Source: a bacterium (GTDB taxonomy: Bacteria > SM23-31). From it: a DNA stretch of 64,000 bases. The notes under the pieces were generated by a model. It did no database searches and was not told the origin of the DNA. It was given only the letters and a program-made list of their open reading frames with translations. The DNA is taken from the NCBI GenBank assembly GCA_965249485.1, contig OZ252239.1, positions 416,001 to 480,000 of the forward strand. Direction: 5' to 3'. Positions 52,706 to 63,430 of the stretch are shown in pieces (the first letter of the stretch is position 1; every line of letters starts with the position of its first letter). Made by a program: the position numbers and the translations under genes.

Positions 52706-53569
52706 ATGAAGCAGAAACTTACAGCTTATTTTAAACTGACTAAACCGACGATCATGACACTTGTGTTGTTCACGGGAACAACTGCGCTCTTGTTGGAAAA
52801 ATCGGCGCTCGGTAATCCGGCACAATTTGCGTTGATTCTTCTCGGACTTTACCTGACGGGCGGTGGAGCAAACGCATTAAACCAGTGTTTTGAACGCGAT
52901 ATCGATTCACAAATGAAACGGACGAGAACGAGAAGGCCACTGCCTCTCGGACTCTTATCGGTGCGTGAGGCATTTTTATTTTCCATCTCGATTTCTGTAG
53001 CGGGATTTTTTCTGTTCGGAGTCTTTTTTAATTGGTTCAGTGCTTTTATTGCACTTGGAACAGTCCTTTTTTACAGTCTTTTTTACACCTTATGGCTTAA
53101 GCCCAACACAGTACAAAATATTGTAATTGGTGGGATTGCCGGCTCAATGGCCCCTGTTATCGCATGGGCTGCAGCCACCGGATCACTCACCATTATTCCA
53201 TGGCTACTGTTTCTGATCGTGTTCTTTTGGACACCCCCTCACTTCTGGGCACTTGCACTCTACTATAAGGATGACTATATAGCTATAAATATGCCGATGA
53301 TGCCTGCTGTACACGGTGACAAATCAACACTGTTTCAGATTGTTCTGTATTCTCTGCTCCTTTTTATAACAAGCATGTCGCTGCTTCTATTTGATTTCGG
53401 CATGCTCTATTTCATAGTTGCATTCATTTCAGGTAGCGTATTTATTTACAAGTCTTTTCAAGCAAAACAGCAGCATTCGAAACCGCTGTATATCGGTTTG
53501 TTTAAATACTCCATCGTATATCTATTTATTATTCATATCGCGATTATTGTTGATGGTTTTATAATCTAA
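52706..53569 (+). CDS. ctaB: Protoheme IX farnesyltransferase (heme O synthase)
   Basis: LTKP, NQ..ERDIDSQMKRT..RPL, YT.WLK, NIVIGG, WTPPHF, DY...PM.P. Confidence 0.96.
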   Translation: MKQKLTAYFKLTKPTIMTLVLFTGTTALLLEKSALGNPAQFALILLGLYLTGGGANALNQCFERDIDSQMKRTRTRRPLPLGLLSVREAFLFSISISVAGFFLFGVFFNWFSAFIALGTVLFYSLFYTLWLKPNTVQNIVIGGIAGSMAPVIAWAAATGSLTIIPWLLFLIVFFWTPPHFWALALYYKDDYIAINMPMMPAVHGDKSTLFQIVLYSLLLFITSMSLLLFDFGMLYFIVAFISGSVFIYKSFQAKQQHSKPLYIGLFKYSIVYLFIIHIAIIVDGFII

Positions 53570-53659
53570 TCAGGTAGCGTTGAATTTTTCCTACAATTAC
53601 TTGTTTCAATTCACATTGAATCAAAATTTGTTTCTATTTTAAAATTCAACTTATTATAG

Positions 53660-53688
53660 TTGAAATTATAGAATTGTTTTCTTATAAT
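53660..53688 (+). promoter_or_regulatory. sigma70-like promoter of the act operon
   Basis: TTGAAA-N17-TATAAT about 75 nt upstream of actA. Confidence 0.6.
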
Positions 53689-53762
53689 GACCGCATTCTA
53701 ATCAATCACGTGTCAGAAACCCGCTTGATTTGATTGGTTGATGATAAATTTTAGAGGTACCT

Positions 53763-54410
53763 TTGGCTCAAATCTTTCCGGAATGGTCAAACAGAATTCC
53801 ATTAATTATACTGGTTGTGATCATTGCAGGTACAACTGCTGCCGTTGGTTTTTTCTGGTATTACGGATCTCCGAAGTACACCGATATCGGATACCGCCCT
53901 GTACAACCTGTTCCCTACAGCCATAAAGTTCATGTGAATGATCTCGGGATTGACTGTCGATACTGCCATACCTCAGTTGAGGTCTCACCGGTATCGATTG
54001 TACCTCCGACACAGACCTGTATGAACTGCCATTCCCTTATTTTACCCGAAAGTGAAAAATTACAACCCATACGGGATAGCTTTATATCCGGCAATCCTGT
54101 CGAGTGGATTCGAGTTCATAATTTGCCCGATTACGTCTATTTTAACCACAGTTCGCATGTGACAAAAGGAGTTGGATGTATCACCTGTCACGGAAATGTT
54201 GCTGAAATGGATGTGGTGACACAACAGGAACCGCTCAGTATGTCGTGGTGTCTCGACTGCCACAGGGATCCTGGCCCAAATTTACGGCCGGTAGATCAGA
54301 TCACAAACATGAAATGGACAATGCCTGAAAATAAGGAAGAGTTTTCGGCCCAATTGATTGCAAAGATGAATGTCAATCCTTCGGAGGATTGTTCGACGTG
54401 TCACCGGTAG
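53763..54410 (+). CDS. actA: Alternative complex III pentaheme cytochrome c
   Basis: N-terminal TM plus five CxxCH motifs; context. Confidence 0.95.
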   Translation: MAQIFPEWSNRIPLIILVVIIAGTTAAVGFFWYYGSPKYTDIGYRPVQPVPYSHKVHVNDLGIDCRYCHTSVEVSPVSIVPPTQTCMNCHSLILPESEKLQPIRDSFISGNPVEWIRVHNLPDYVYFNHSSHVTKGVGCITCHGNVAEMDVVTQQEPLSMSWCLDCHRDPGPNLRPVDQITNMKWTMPENKEEFSAQLIAKMNVNPSEDCSTCHR

Positions 54411-54449
54411 TATGCAAAGGCATACGCTGTTCACAACATTTATAATGAT

Positions 54450-57434
54450 ATGACTGAGATGAAGAGAAATCCTATACATAGTAACTCGCTGCAGGGTAAA
54501 GAGTACTGGCGCAGCCTCGACCAGCTTGCAGAAACAGAGGAGTTCAAAGACTTTCTAAACCGTGAATTTCCTGCAGGTGCATCGGAGATGAATGATCCGG
54601 TGACGCGCCGTGCATTTCTCAGTATTATGGGTGCATCAGTTGCCCTTGCCGGCCTTGCCGGGTGCAGGCGACCTGTCGAAAAGATTATTCCCTATGTGAA
54701 TGCCCCAGAGGAAATCGTCCCCGGAATTCCAAAATATTATGCGACTACGATGCCGTTCGGTCTAAGTTCGTATGGCCTCCTTGTGGAAACACACGAAGGA
54801 AGACCTACCAAAATTGAAGGAAACAAGGAGCATCCTTCGACGCTGGGTGCATCCAACGCATTCATTCAGGGATCGATTCTTGGATTGTACGATCCTGACA
54901 GGGCAAAAACAATTACCCGTAACGGTGAACAGCATACGCTTGAAGATTTTGCTGCATATTGGAATGGGATTTCGCACAATAATGGCGAAGGGCTTGCTGT
55001 TCTTTCCGAATCTTTTCGCTCTCCGACGCTCAACCGTCTCCGCAGCCAGTTTTTGAGAGCATTTCCGCAGGCACAGTGGATCACGTATGAACCGGTGAGC
55101 GACGAGCATGTCTTTGACGGCGTTCAAAATGCCGCGGGGAGAACCTTGCTGCCGCTATACCATTTCGATAAGGCACGGACTATTCTTTCACTCGATTCTG
55201 ATTTTCTGTTATCCGATTCGGAGAATATTACACATACGCGAGGGTTTTCCGCTCAGCGGAGAATATCCTCCGAAACGGATACAATGAACAGACTATATGC
55301 CGTCGAGAGCGGGTACTCCCTGACAGGAGGCGCTGCTGATCACCGTTACCGACTCGAAAGCGGCCGAATCGTGGCTTTTGCCGTCCGGTTAGCCCGAGAA
55401 CTCGACACACTTGGTATTGCTGTTCCCGAGCTAAACGCAATTTCCGATGTAGATTCAGGGACATTCGACGAACATTGGATTTCTGTTGCGGCTCATGATC
55501 TTGTTGAAAACCGGGGTGCAAGTCTGGTCGTGGCTGGCAGGAACCAGCCACCGGTAGTCCATGCGCTTGTTTTTGCAATCAATACCGCTCTTGGCAATGT
55601 CGGATCGACTGTGTCGTATGTTGAGCCAGAAGATGCATCACTGCCAAGCACCCATGGTCTTGTGAATCTTGCCGGCACTCTTCGAGATGGATCTGTTTCG
55701 AGTTTAGTTATACTCGGAGGGAATCCTGCATACAATGCACCTGCCGATCTCGGCTTATCCGAGTTGCTCGGTTCTATTGACAACACGGTGCACGTCAGTC
55801 CTTATTTTGACGAGACAGCCCGTCTGGCCGAATGGCATATACCGCAGTCTCATTTTCTGGAGATGTGGGGAGATACCCGGTCTGCAAACGGATCTGCGAG
55901 TATCGTACAACCGATGATCGCTCCACTGTTTGCAAGCTATTCGGTTGCCCGTATACTAAACATTTTGACATCCGGAAACACAGAAGAATCTGACCACGAT
56001 ATCGTCAGACAGACGTGGAGACAGTTGCTCGATACCAGGGATTTTGAAACCAATTGGCGAAAAGTGCTGCATGACGGTATTCTCCAAGGAAGTGAAACAG
56101 CAGAAATCACACCACACGTCAATAATAGCTCGCTTCGTGCTCTATTTTCAAGCCATAATTTTACAGATCAAGATTCCCGTAATGATTTTGAATTAGTTTT
56201 TACGCAGTCAAATGCGACATTTGACGGCCGGTTTGCAAATAATGGCTGGCTGCAGGAACTCTCCGATCCGGTGACAAAAATCACTTGGGATAATACAGCA
56301 ATGATCAGTCCGACGGCCGCACAGTCACTCGGCGTGTCCAATTCAGACATTGTTCGCGTCGCTTTTCATGGCAGAGAGCTGGAAATTCCTGTTTGGATCC
56401 AGCCCGGTCAGGCAGACAACACAATTTCTATTGCCCTCGGTTACGGCAGAACCGGGATCGGGCGTATTGCCGACGGTGTCGGCGCTAACAGCTATCTGAT
56501 TAGAGCATCCGGTGAGCTTTTTATATGCTCGGAAGTCACCATAAGCGCAACTGGCACAACACAGCTAATCGCAACAACGCAGGACCACCACTCAATGGAA
56601 GAACGTCCGATCGTTCGTGAAGCAAACATTGAGGAATACCGAGAACACCCCAATTTTGCTCCGGAAATGGTTGAGCATCCTCCGCTCGAGTCGCTGTGGA
56701 CGGAACATAGTTATGAAGATGGATATCAATGGGGAATGGCAATCGATCTCAGTACGTGTACCGGTTGCAATGCCTGTACAATTGCTTGTCAGAGTGAAAA
56801 TAATATTCCGATAGTTGGAAAAGACCAGGTCAGCAGAGGCCGGGAAATGCATTGGATCCGACTCGACCGCTATTTTACAGGTGATCCTAACGATCCTGAA
56901 ATGGTACATCAGCCGGTTGCGTGTCAACACTGTGAAAATGCTCCTTGCGAGCAGGTGTGCCCTGTCGCTGCAACAGTACACGACAAAGAGGGTTTGAACC
57001 AGCAAGTGTACAACAGGTGTATCGGTACGAGATACTGCTCGAATAACTGCCCTTATAAGGTACGACGTTTTAATTTTTACAATCTTACGAATGAAACACC
57101 GGAACTTGTCAAAATGGCACAGAATCCCGATGTGACAGTCCGGTCGCGCGGTGTCATGGAAAAATGCACCTTTTGTACCCAGCGGATCAACAGAGCACGT
57201 GCACAGTCAAAGTTGGATGACCGGGAGATTCGGGATGGAGATATCAGGACTGCCTGTCAGGAGACGTGTCCGGCAGAGGCAATTTATTTCGGAAATATAA
57301 ATGATCCTGAGAGTCAAGTATCGAGGATTAAAACCCAGAATCGAAATTATTCGCTTCTCGGTGAGTTGAATAATCAGCCGAGAAATACTTATCTGGCGAA
57401 AATCAGAAATCCGCATCCAGATCTAATGGGATGA
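54450..57434 (+). CDS. actB: Alternative complex III molybdopterin-oxidoreductase-like/Fe-S subunit
   Basis: YWRSL, TRRAFL Tat leader with LAGC, GRPTKIEGN, C-terminal ferredoxin Cys motifs. Confidence 0.95.
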   Translation: MTEMKRNPIHSNSLQGKEYWRSLDQLAETEEFKDFLNREFPAGASEMNDPVTRRAFLSIMGASVALAGLAGCRRPVEKIIPYVNAPEEIVPGIPKYYATTMPFGLSSYGLLVETHEGRPTKIEGNKEHPSTLGASNAFIQGSILGLYDPDRAKTITRNGEQHTLEDFAAYWNGISHNNGEGLAVLSESFRSPTLNRLRSQFLRAFPQAQWITYEPVSDEHVFDGVQNAAGRTLLPLYHFDKARTILSLDSDFLLSDSENITHTRGFSAQRRISSETDTMNRLYAVESGYSLTGGAADHRYRLESGRIVAFAVRLARELDTLGIAVPELNAISDVDSGTFDEHWISVAAHDLVENRGASLVVAGRNQPPVVHALVFAINTALGNVGSTVSYVEPEDASLPSTHGLVNLAGTLRDGSVSSLVILGGNPAYNAPADLGLSELLGSIDNTVHVSPYFDETARLAEWHIPQSHFLEMWGDTRSANGSASIVQPMIAPLFASYSVARILNILTSGNTEESDHDIVRQTWRQLLDTRDFETNWRKVLHDGILQGSETAEITPHVNNSSLRALFSSHNFTDQDSRNDFELVFTQSNATFDGRFANNGWLQELSDPVTKITWDNTAMISPTAAQSLGVSNSDIVRVAFHGRELEIPVWIQPGQADNTISIALGYGRTGIGRIADGVGANSYLIRASGELFICSEVTISATGTTQLIATTQDHHSMEERPIVREANIEEYREHPNFAPEMVEHPPLESLWTEHSYEDGYQWGMAIDLSTCTGCNACTIACQSENNIPIVGKDQVSRGREMHWIRLDRYFTGDPNDPEMVHQPVACQHCENAPCEQVCPVAATVHDKEGLNQQVYNRCIGTRYCSNNCPYKVRRFNFYNLTNETPELVKMAQNPDVTVRSRGVMEKCTFCTQRINRARAQSKLDDREIRDGDIRTACQETCPAEAIYFGNINDPESQVSRIKTQNRNYSLLGELNNQPRNTYLAKIRNPHPDLMG

Positions 57435-57530
57435 GATATTTTGAATTTATTGGATACAAGAAAACAGAATCAAGAACAGTACAATAATTTGTACTAAATA
57501 GACGATTTAATCTACTTACAATTATTATTT

Positions 57531-58964
57531 ATGGCTTCTGAGCAGGAACATTCGATTGTTAGAGAACCGGTGCTTATTACCGGTAATCCGACTTTCCACT
57601 CACTGACCGAAAAAATTAGCGGATTAACGGAGAAGAAAACTCCAAGATTGTGGTATCTTGCAATTGCTTTTTCCTCTTCTGCAATGTTTATGCTTTTCGG
57701 ATTGATCGGCTATCTCTTCTGGGAAGGAATCGGTATCTGGGGACTTCAAGTTCCCGTTGGCTGGGGTTGGGCGATTGTCAATTTTGTGTTTTGGGTCGGT
57801 ATTGGCCACGCCGGAACGCTGATTTCGGCTATATTATTTCTGCTCAGGCAGCGGTGGCGGACGTCGATAAACCGGTTTGCTGAAGCCATGACAATTTTTG
57901 CAGTCATTTGTGCTTTGATCTTTCCAGCTATTCATGTCGGTAGGGTGTGGCTAGCCTATTGGATGTTTCCGCTACCGAACCAGATGGCGATGTGGCCAAA
58001 TTTCAGGAGCCCTCTCGTTTGGGACGTTTTCGCAGTGGGAACCTATTTTACTATATCATTCATATTCTGGTATACCGGTCTCATTCCCGATTTGGCAACC
58101 TTGCGCGACCGGGCTAAATCAAGAATTAGAAAAATAGTATTCGGTATTTTGTCTATCGGGTGGCGCGGCGGCCAGCGGCAATGGCGCCATTATGAGATGG
58201 CCTATCTTATTCTTGCCGGGCTGTCGACACCGCTTGTTCTTTCGGTGCATAGTGTCGTGAGTACCGACTTTGCAACAAGCCAGCTTCCGGGATGGCATAC
58301 GACAATTTTTCCACCCTATTTTGTAGCAGGGGCTATTTTTTCAGGCTTTGCAATGGTAATGACGCTCGCTATAATCAGCCGGAAGATTTTCGGCCTTGAG
58401 CATATTATTACTGTTAATCATTTTGAGAAGATGAACAAAATAATACTCCTTACCAGTTGGATTGTGGGGTATTCATACTCAATCGAGATGTTCATTGCAT
58501 GGTATAGCGGAAATATTTACGAGCAGTTTGCATTTTTCAACCGAGCATTCGGTCCCTATGCATGGGGATACTGGATTATGGTTTCGTGCAATGTGCTTGT
58601 GCCGCAGATATACTGGTTTAGGAAGATCCGCAGATCTATACCGGTCATGTTCGTCGCATCACTGCTTATTAATGTAGGAATGTGGTTTGAACGTTTTGTG
58701 ATTGTCGTTTCATCGCTTGCCAATGACTTTCTCCCGGCCAACTGGCTCTATTTCAGACCCACCGTGTTCGATGTCGGCATTTTTATCGGTTCATTTGGTC
58801 TTTTTCTGACGCTGTTCCTTCTGTTTTTACGTTTCTTTCCGATGATCGCGATATCAGAGGTCAAAGGTGTTTTGCCGCAGGCAAATCCTCATTTTTACCG
58901 TAACGGTAAACATGAGGATAACGGCAGAAAAAATGCTGCACATAAAGGAAAGCAATCTTCATGA
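57531..58964 (+). CDS. actC: Alternative complex III NrfD-type membrane subunit
   Basis: [39 protein letters not shown]. Confidence 0.95.
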   Translation: MASEQEHSIVREPVLITGNPTFHSLTEKISGLTEKKTPRLWYLAIAFSSSAMFMLFGLIGYLFWEGIGIWGLQVPVGWGWAIVNFVFWVGIGHAGTLISAILFLLRQRWRTSINRFAEAMTIFAVICALIFPAIHVGRVWLAYWMFPLPNQMAMWPNFRSPLVWDVFAVGTYFTISFIFWYTGLIPDLATLRDRAKSRIRKIVFGILSIGWRGGQRQWRHYEMAYLILAGLSTPLVLSVHSVVSTDFATSQLPGWHTTIFPPYFVAGAIFSGFAMVMTLAIISRKIFGLEHIITVNHFEKMNKIILLTSWIVGYSYSIEMFIAWYSGNIYEQFAFFNRAFGPYAWGYWIMVSCNVLVPQIYWFRKIRRSIPVMFVASLLINVGMWFERFVIVVSSLANDFLPANWLYFRPTVFDVGIFIGSFGLFLTLFLLFLRFFPMIAISEVKGVLPQANPHFYRNGKHEDNGRKNAAHKGKQSS

Positions 58965-59503
58965 GTACCAAAAAGGGGGAAATATACGGCATTATAGCTG
59001 AATTTGAGCATCCGGGCGCTCTTGTGGATGCAGGGAAGAAAATCCGGGAAGAAGGGTACACAAATTTTGACTGTCATTCCCCATTTCCGATACACGGTAT
59101 GGAAAAGGCGATGGGAACCACGCATTCGCCACTCGGTTTTATTATTGCCGGTGTCGCATTTTTCGCAATGCTGTTCGGGCTTGGCCTTCAATGGTATGCC
59201 AATGCAGTCACATATCCACTCGTTATTTCCGGCAAACCGTTCGTCAGTTACCAGACATACGCACCCGTTGGATTTGGTATTACGGTTCTTGCTTCGGGTA
59301 TTTGTACCTTTATATTTATGCTTGTTTTAAATGGTCTGCCGCGGCTGTTTCATCCAGTGTTCTACTCTCAAAATTTTTCACGGGTAACTGATGACGGATT
59401 TTTTGTCAGTATCGAACACAAGGATTCCAAATTCGATCCGGTCAAGACAAATGCGTTTCTTGAGTCGATCGGGGGCACTAACATTGAATTATTACAGGGT
59501 TAA
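58961..59503 (+). CDS. actD: Alternative complex III subunit D (DUF3341)
   Basis: SPFPIHG, two TM, GKP, TDDGFF; ATGA overlap with actC. Confidence 0.92.
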   Translation: MSTKKGEIYGIIAEFEHPGALVDAGKKIREEGYTNFDCHSPFPIHGMEKAMGTTHSPLGFIIAGVAFFAMLFGLGLQWYANAVTYPLVISGKPFVSYQTYAPVGFGITVLASGICTFIFMLVLNGLPRLFHPVFYSQNFSRVTDDGFFVSIEHKDSKFDPVKTNAFLESIGGTNIELLQG

Positions 59504-59510
59504 GAGCTTA

Positions 59511-60164
59511 GTGTTTAATAACTGTAGACATAAAGTGAAATTTATAGAAAATCTTCAGCCAAAACAGATTTTACTCATCGTAATCTGTGCGGGCAGTATA
59601 GGATATTCAGGCTGTTTCCAGGGACGGCCCTCGGAGCAGCCGCCGATTCACCTGAATCCGAATATGGACAATCAACCGAAATACAAGGCACTCGGAGAAA
59701 GTAAATTTTTTGAAGACCGGTCGAACATGAGGATGCCTGTTGCTGGTACAGTCGCACGCGGTGACTTGAATGAAGATGCTGTTTATTACACCGGTAAAGA
59801 TGCAAACGGTAATCTTGTCGAGAAATCCCCTTTTCCTGTGACACAGACACTCTTGGAGCGCGGCCGCGAGCGGTATGATATTTACTGTACACCGTGTCAT
59901 TCACGTGTTGGTGACGGAACGGGAGTGATTTCAACATATAATTATGTACCGCCGGGAAATCTTCATGAGGAGCGACTTGTCTTTATTCAGGACGGTCATC
60001 TGTATGACGTTATCACCAACGGGATAAGGAACATGCCCGCGTACAACCACCAAATTCCTGTTGCAGACCGATGGGCGATTGTGGGCTATATCCGTGCACT
60101 GCAGCGGAGCCAGAATGCTTCGCTTGAAGATATTCCCGAATCAGAACGAATTGAGATCCGATAG
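59511..60164 (+). CDS. actE: Alternative complex III monoheme cytochrome c lipoprotein
   Basis: SGC lipobox, MDNQPK, GTVARG, CTPCH, DRWAIV. Start uncertain (GTG 59511 or 59535). Confidence 0.9.
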   Translation: MFNNCRHKVKFIENLQPKQILLIVICAGSIGYSGCFQGRPSEQPPIHLNPNMDNQPKYKALGESKFFEDRSNMRMPVAGTVARGDLNEDAVYYTGKDANGNLVEKSPFPVTQTLLERGRERYDIYCTPCHSRVGDGTGVISTYNYVPPGNLHEERLVFIQDGHLYDVITNGIRNMPAYNHQIPVADRWAIVGYIRALQRSQNASLEDIPESERIEIR

Positions 60165-60179
60165 AGCGACAATACAATT

Positions 60180-61367
60180 ATGGAACTGAACGATACGACA
60201 TATCAATTGAACAACTCCGGCAGTTTCGGAAAAATTGCATTGATTACTGGTATTGCCGGTATGGGGGTGACATTTGCCGGCGGTTATCTGGAAGGTGATT
60301 TTACGCAGTTTTATTTTTCCTATCTTGTATCGTTTGCGTTCTGGATTACTATTGCGCTCGGTGGACTCTTTTTTACAATGCTGCACCACCTCACCAATTC
60401 ACTCTGGAGTATCGTAATTAGACGGATCGCAGAATCAATCATGATAACACTGCCATTTTTCGCGGTGTTGTTTATTCAGATTGCGCTTGGCATTCACGAT
60501 CTGTATCACTGGTCACACAGCGATGTTGTTGCAGCCGATGCAGCGCTCCAAAAAAAATCGGGATATTTGAATATCTCATTTTTTCTTATCCGCTCGTTCA
60601 TCCTTTATTTCGGCATTTGGAGTTTTCTGTCATGGCGACTCCTTAAAATATCGCGTGAGCAGGATACGGGTTTTAAAGCACAGCAGGTTAAGACCATGCG
60701 GATCATTAGTGCGCCCGGCATGATTGCATTTGCACTCACACTGACATTTTCGTCATTCGACTGGCTCATGTCGCTCGATCCACACTGGTATTCCACTATA
60801 TTTGGTGTGTATGTGTTCAGTGGGAGCACTTTGGCGTTCCTGGCGTTTATTACACTGGTCTGTGTCATCTTGCGGAAAAACGGAATTTTACAGAACACCA
60901 TTACCGTTGAACATTATCACGATCTTGGACGTCTCCTCTTAACGTTTACAATATTTTGGGCTTATATTGCATTTTCCCAGTACTTCCTGATCTGGTACGC
61001 CAACATTCCAGAGGAGACGATTTGGTTTTTGAAGCGATGGGAAGGAGCATGGCAGCCAATTTCGATAATTGTAGCTTTCGCATTTATTGTTCCTTTTACG
61101 ACACTGCTGCTCCGGAAAACGAAACGTAGCCTCGGATATATGACATTTATCTCGATCTATATACTTTTGTACCATTTTATCGATATGTACTGGATAATCA
61201 TGCCTATCCTTCATGAACAGGGCGCGGATGTGTCATGGATGGATATCACTGCATTTATCGGAATCGGGGGGCTGTTTCTCTCGTATTTTTGGAATAGATT
61301 GAGTTCGGGTCCATTAGTTCCAGTGCAGGACCCACGGCTTGAAGAATCCATAGCAGTAGAACATTAA
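60180..61367 (+). CDS. actF: Alternative complex III membrane subunit F
   Basis: DWLMSLDPHWYSTIFG, HDLG, SQYFLIWYANIPEE. Confidence 0.93.
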   Translation: MELNDTTYQLNNSGSFGKIALITGIAGMGVTFAGGYLEGDFTQFYFSYLVSFAFWITIALGGLFFTMLHHLTNSLWSIVIRRIAESIMITLPFFAVLFIQIALGIHDLYHWSHSDVVAADAALQKKSGYLNISFFLIRSFILYFGIWSFLSWRLLKISREQDTGFKAQQVKTMRIISAPGMIAFALTLTFSSFDWLMSLDPHWYSTIFGVYVFSGSTLAFLAFITLVCVILRKNGILQNTITVEHYHDLGRLLLTFTIFWAYIAFSQYFLIWYANIPEETIWFLKRWEGAWQPISIIVAFAFIVPFTTLLLRKTKRSLGYMTFISIYILLYHFIDMYWIIMPILHEQGADVSWMDITAFIGIGGLFLSYFWNRLSSGPLVPVQDPRLEESIAVEH

Positions 61368-61381
61368 CCGGATAATAACGA

Positions 61382-61714
61382 ATGGATGAACAGCGTAAAG
61401 ACAAACGGAGTATACATACCAATGTCGGATATGAGCGGCGGGATGTTGATATCAAAAAAGTACTCACTGCCGGGGGGATTATCTGCGGTATCCTGATTAT
61501 ATTGATTATATTATTGAACGAAATGTTCATGATACTCAAGGAAGACATCTATTACCAGCATGTCCTCAGTCCCGAATCGGAACGGTTAATGCGGATCCAT
61601 GCGCGTGAGGATTCGGTATTAAACTCGTATGGAATCATCGATGAAGGCGCGGGAAAATACTGGATTCCAATTGAACAGGCTATGGAGTTGGTTGCCGAGG
61701 AAGCAGAAAAATGA
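61382..61714 (+). CDS. Small single-TM protein, ActG-like position
   Basis: One TM and an IPIEQAM motif, between actF and sco. Confidence 0.75.
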   Translation: MDEQRKDKRSIHTNVGYERRDVDIKKVLTAGGIICGILIILIILLNEMFMILKEDIYYQHVLSPESERLMRIHAREDSVLNSYGIIDEGAGKYWIPIEQAMELVAEEAEK

Positions 61715-62583
61715 AACGCTCTGGTAAACATATTGTAACTGCTGCAATTTTACTTGCGATTTTTTTGACTGATGGTTTAATTAATGCACAGGTGATCCTG
61801 GACCAGCCGCCGGAGTTGAGTGGGATCGATATTGAGGAGCATCTTGGAGACTATGTTCCGCTCGATCTGACGTTTACCGATGCATCCGGATCCGACGTGA
61901 CATTGGATGACTACTTCAACAAAGGCAAACCAGTGTTTCTCGTGCTCGCATATTATGAATGCCCTATGCTCTGCACACTGGTTCTGAGTGCTGCAGCAAA
62001 TGGCGCGATCCAGGTAACAAGTCTTGATCCGGGTAGTGATTACGAAATGGTTACGATCAGTATAGATCCTGACGAGACTGCCGAGCTTGCTGCACAGAAA
62101 CAGAGCAGATATATTAAGAGTCTCGGTTCAAAAGGAAGTGAAGGCAGCTGGCATTTTCTTGTAGGAAATGAGAAAAATATCAGGTCTATTGCCGATGCTG
62201 TCGGTTTCAAGTATTATTACGTACCGGAACGCGATGAATATGCCCATCCTGCGGCTGCATTTATCCTGACCGAGGAAGGGAAAATATCGCGCTATCTCTA
62301 CGGACTCGATTTTAAACCGCGTGACCTTCGGCTCGGCTTACTGGAGGCTGCTGAAGGAAAGATCGGCAATACGATCGATAGAATAATTTTGTACTGTTTT
62401 CACTATGACCCCGATGCAAAAGGGTATGTGTTGTTTGCACAAAATGTGATGCGTGCGGGAGGCGCGCTGACTGTTTTAGTGCTTGTTCTGTTTTTAAGCA
62501 GCCTCTGGGCAAAAGAGAAGTTCAGAAAATCACGGGATGAGGCAGTCGCTAAATTGAATGTGAAAGAGCATGCAGAAGTGTGA
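61711..62583 (+). CDS. SCO-family copper chaperone
   Basis: CPMLC, SIDP, YAH, RYLYG, YCFHYDP. Confidence 0.93.
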   Translation: MKRSGKHIVTAAILLAIFLTDGLINAQVILDQPPELSGIDIEEHLGDYVPLDLTFTDASGSDVTLDDYFNKGKPVFLVLAYYECPMLCTLVLSAAANGAIQVTSLDPGSDYEMVTISIDPDETAELAAQKQSRYIKSLGSKGSEGSWHFLVGNEKNIRSIADAVGFKYYYVPERDEYAHPAAAFILTEEGKISRYLYGLDFKPRDLRLGLLEAAEGKIGNTIDRIILYCFHYDPDAKGYVLFAQNVMRAGGALTVLVLVLFLSSLWAKEKFRKSRDEAVAKLNVKEHAEV

Positions 62584-62622
62584 GCTGAAGGCCAATACTC
62601 AATTTTCTATACTATAGATTTA

Positions 62623-63430
62623 GGTAATTAGGTCAAAAGCGACCTAAAGTGAATATTGATTAATAAATAGTATAGTTTTTCGTTTCTGTAATTGTATCTA
62701 AATTCCATTTCCTTGAGGTACAATAGGAAATGATTTTTGCTAACACCATGGTATTTTAAGAGTCTTTCTTTTGCAAATGACCAGAAGCCCTCTAAACCGT
62801 TAATATGACGTCGTCCTTTAATAAAATATTTGTTATGATCGACAGTAAGATGTTTGCCAAAAAACTTCAGCGATTTATACGATCGAAACTTATCAGTATA
62901 GAAAACACTTCCTTTTTCAGAATTGTCCCTGATCTCGTTCATCAATGTCTCGGCAGTTACATCATCAACAACCGTAGTAAATATCTTCCCTTGACGCTCC
63001 AACATGCCGAAAACCTTTATTGTACCAGCACTTCCTCGACCCCGTATCCCTTTTCGCTTACCGCCAAAATAACTCTCGTCACATTCGATTTCTCCAGAAA
63101 GTCTCTTAAATTCCTGGCTCAAAAAATCATAAATTTCTTGACGGTAAAGCATGTATTTTCCTCGTACCTTCTTGTATCCAAAACCAAGATCCCTCGCAGC
63201 TTTATTAGCAGGGATCTCAAGAGAAAAATAGTGCAAAATTGTCAGATCATCTTTGAACTTTGTAAAACTGTATTTGTAAAAACAATCTCTACATTTATAA
63301 CGATTGTCCCTCATCAGGTAAAGATGATTTCCGCCACATGTAGGACACTCTTTACCTTCAATAAATTTAATGACTTCTTCTTCCATACCAAATATAATAT
63401 AATACTTGGGTCGGAAATAACCTAATTACC
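62623..63430 (-). mobile_element. IS1595-family insertion sequence (~808 bp)
   Basis: Terminal IRs GGTAATTAGGTcaaaagCGACCtAA and (reverse complement) GGTAATTAGGTtatttcCGACCcAA. Flanking direct repeats TAGATTTA (62615-62622) and TAGATTTT (63431-63438). Confidence 0.92.
62628..63386 (-). CDS. IS1595-family DDE transposase
   Basis: CPTC...CRDC zinc finger, ECDESYFGG, YTD, INGLEGFW, EMEFRYN. Confidence 0.95.
   Translation of the reverse strand: MEEEVIKFIEGKECPTCGGNHLYLMRDNRYKCRDCFYKYSFTKFKDDLTILHYFSLEIPANKAARDLGFGYKKVRGKYMLYRQEIYDFLSQEFKRLSGEIECDESYFGGKRKGIRGRGSAGTIKVFGMLERQGKIFTTVVDDVTAETLMNEIRDNSEKGSVFYTDKFRSYKSLKFFGKHLTVDHNKYFIKGRRHINGLEGFWSFAKERLLKYHGVSKNHFLLYLKEMEFRYNYRNEKLYYLLINIHFRSLLT

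Larger units (their letters stand above)
51258..52885 (+). repeat. Four identical tandem copies of a 407-bp unit (ctaB promoter plus first 60 codons)
   Basis: Units start at 51258, 51665, 52072 and 52479; junction ...AAACCAG|TTATGTT...; no differences found by eye. Confidence 0.97.

Noticed and set aside
51258..52885. CRISPR array or repeat-encoded small-protein family
   Set aside because: The unit is 407 bp with no variable spacers, and the 66-aa ORFs are simply truncated ctaB copies.
62805..63425. 206-aa ORF antisense to the transposase
   Set aside because: Shadow ORF with no motif or RBS. The same applies to other antisense ORFs such as 40013..40666 and 28960..29565.
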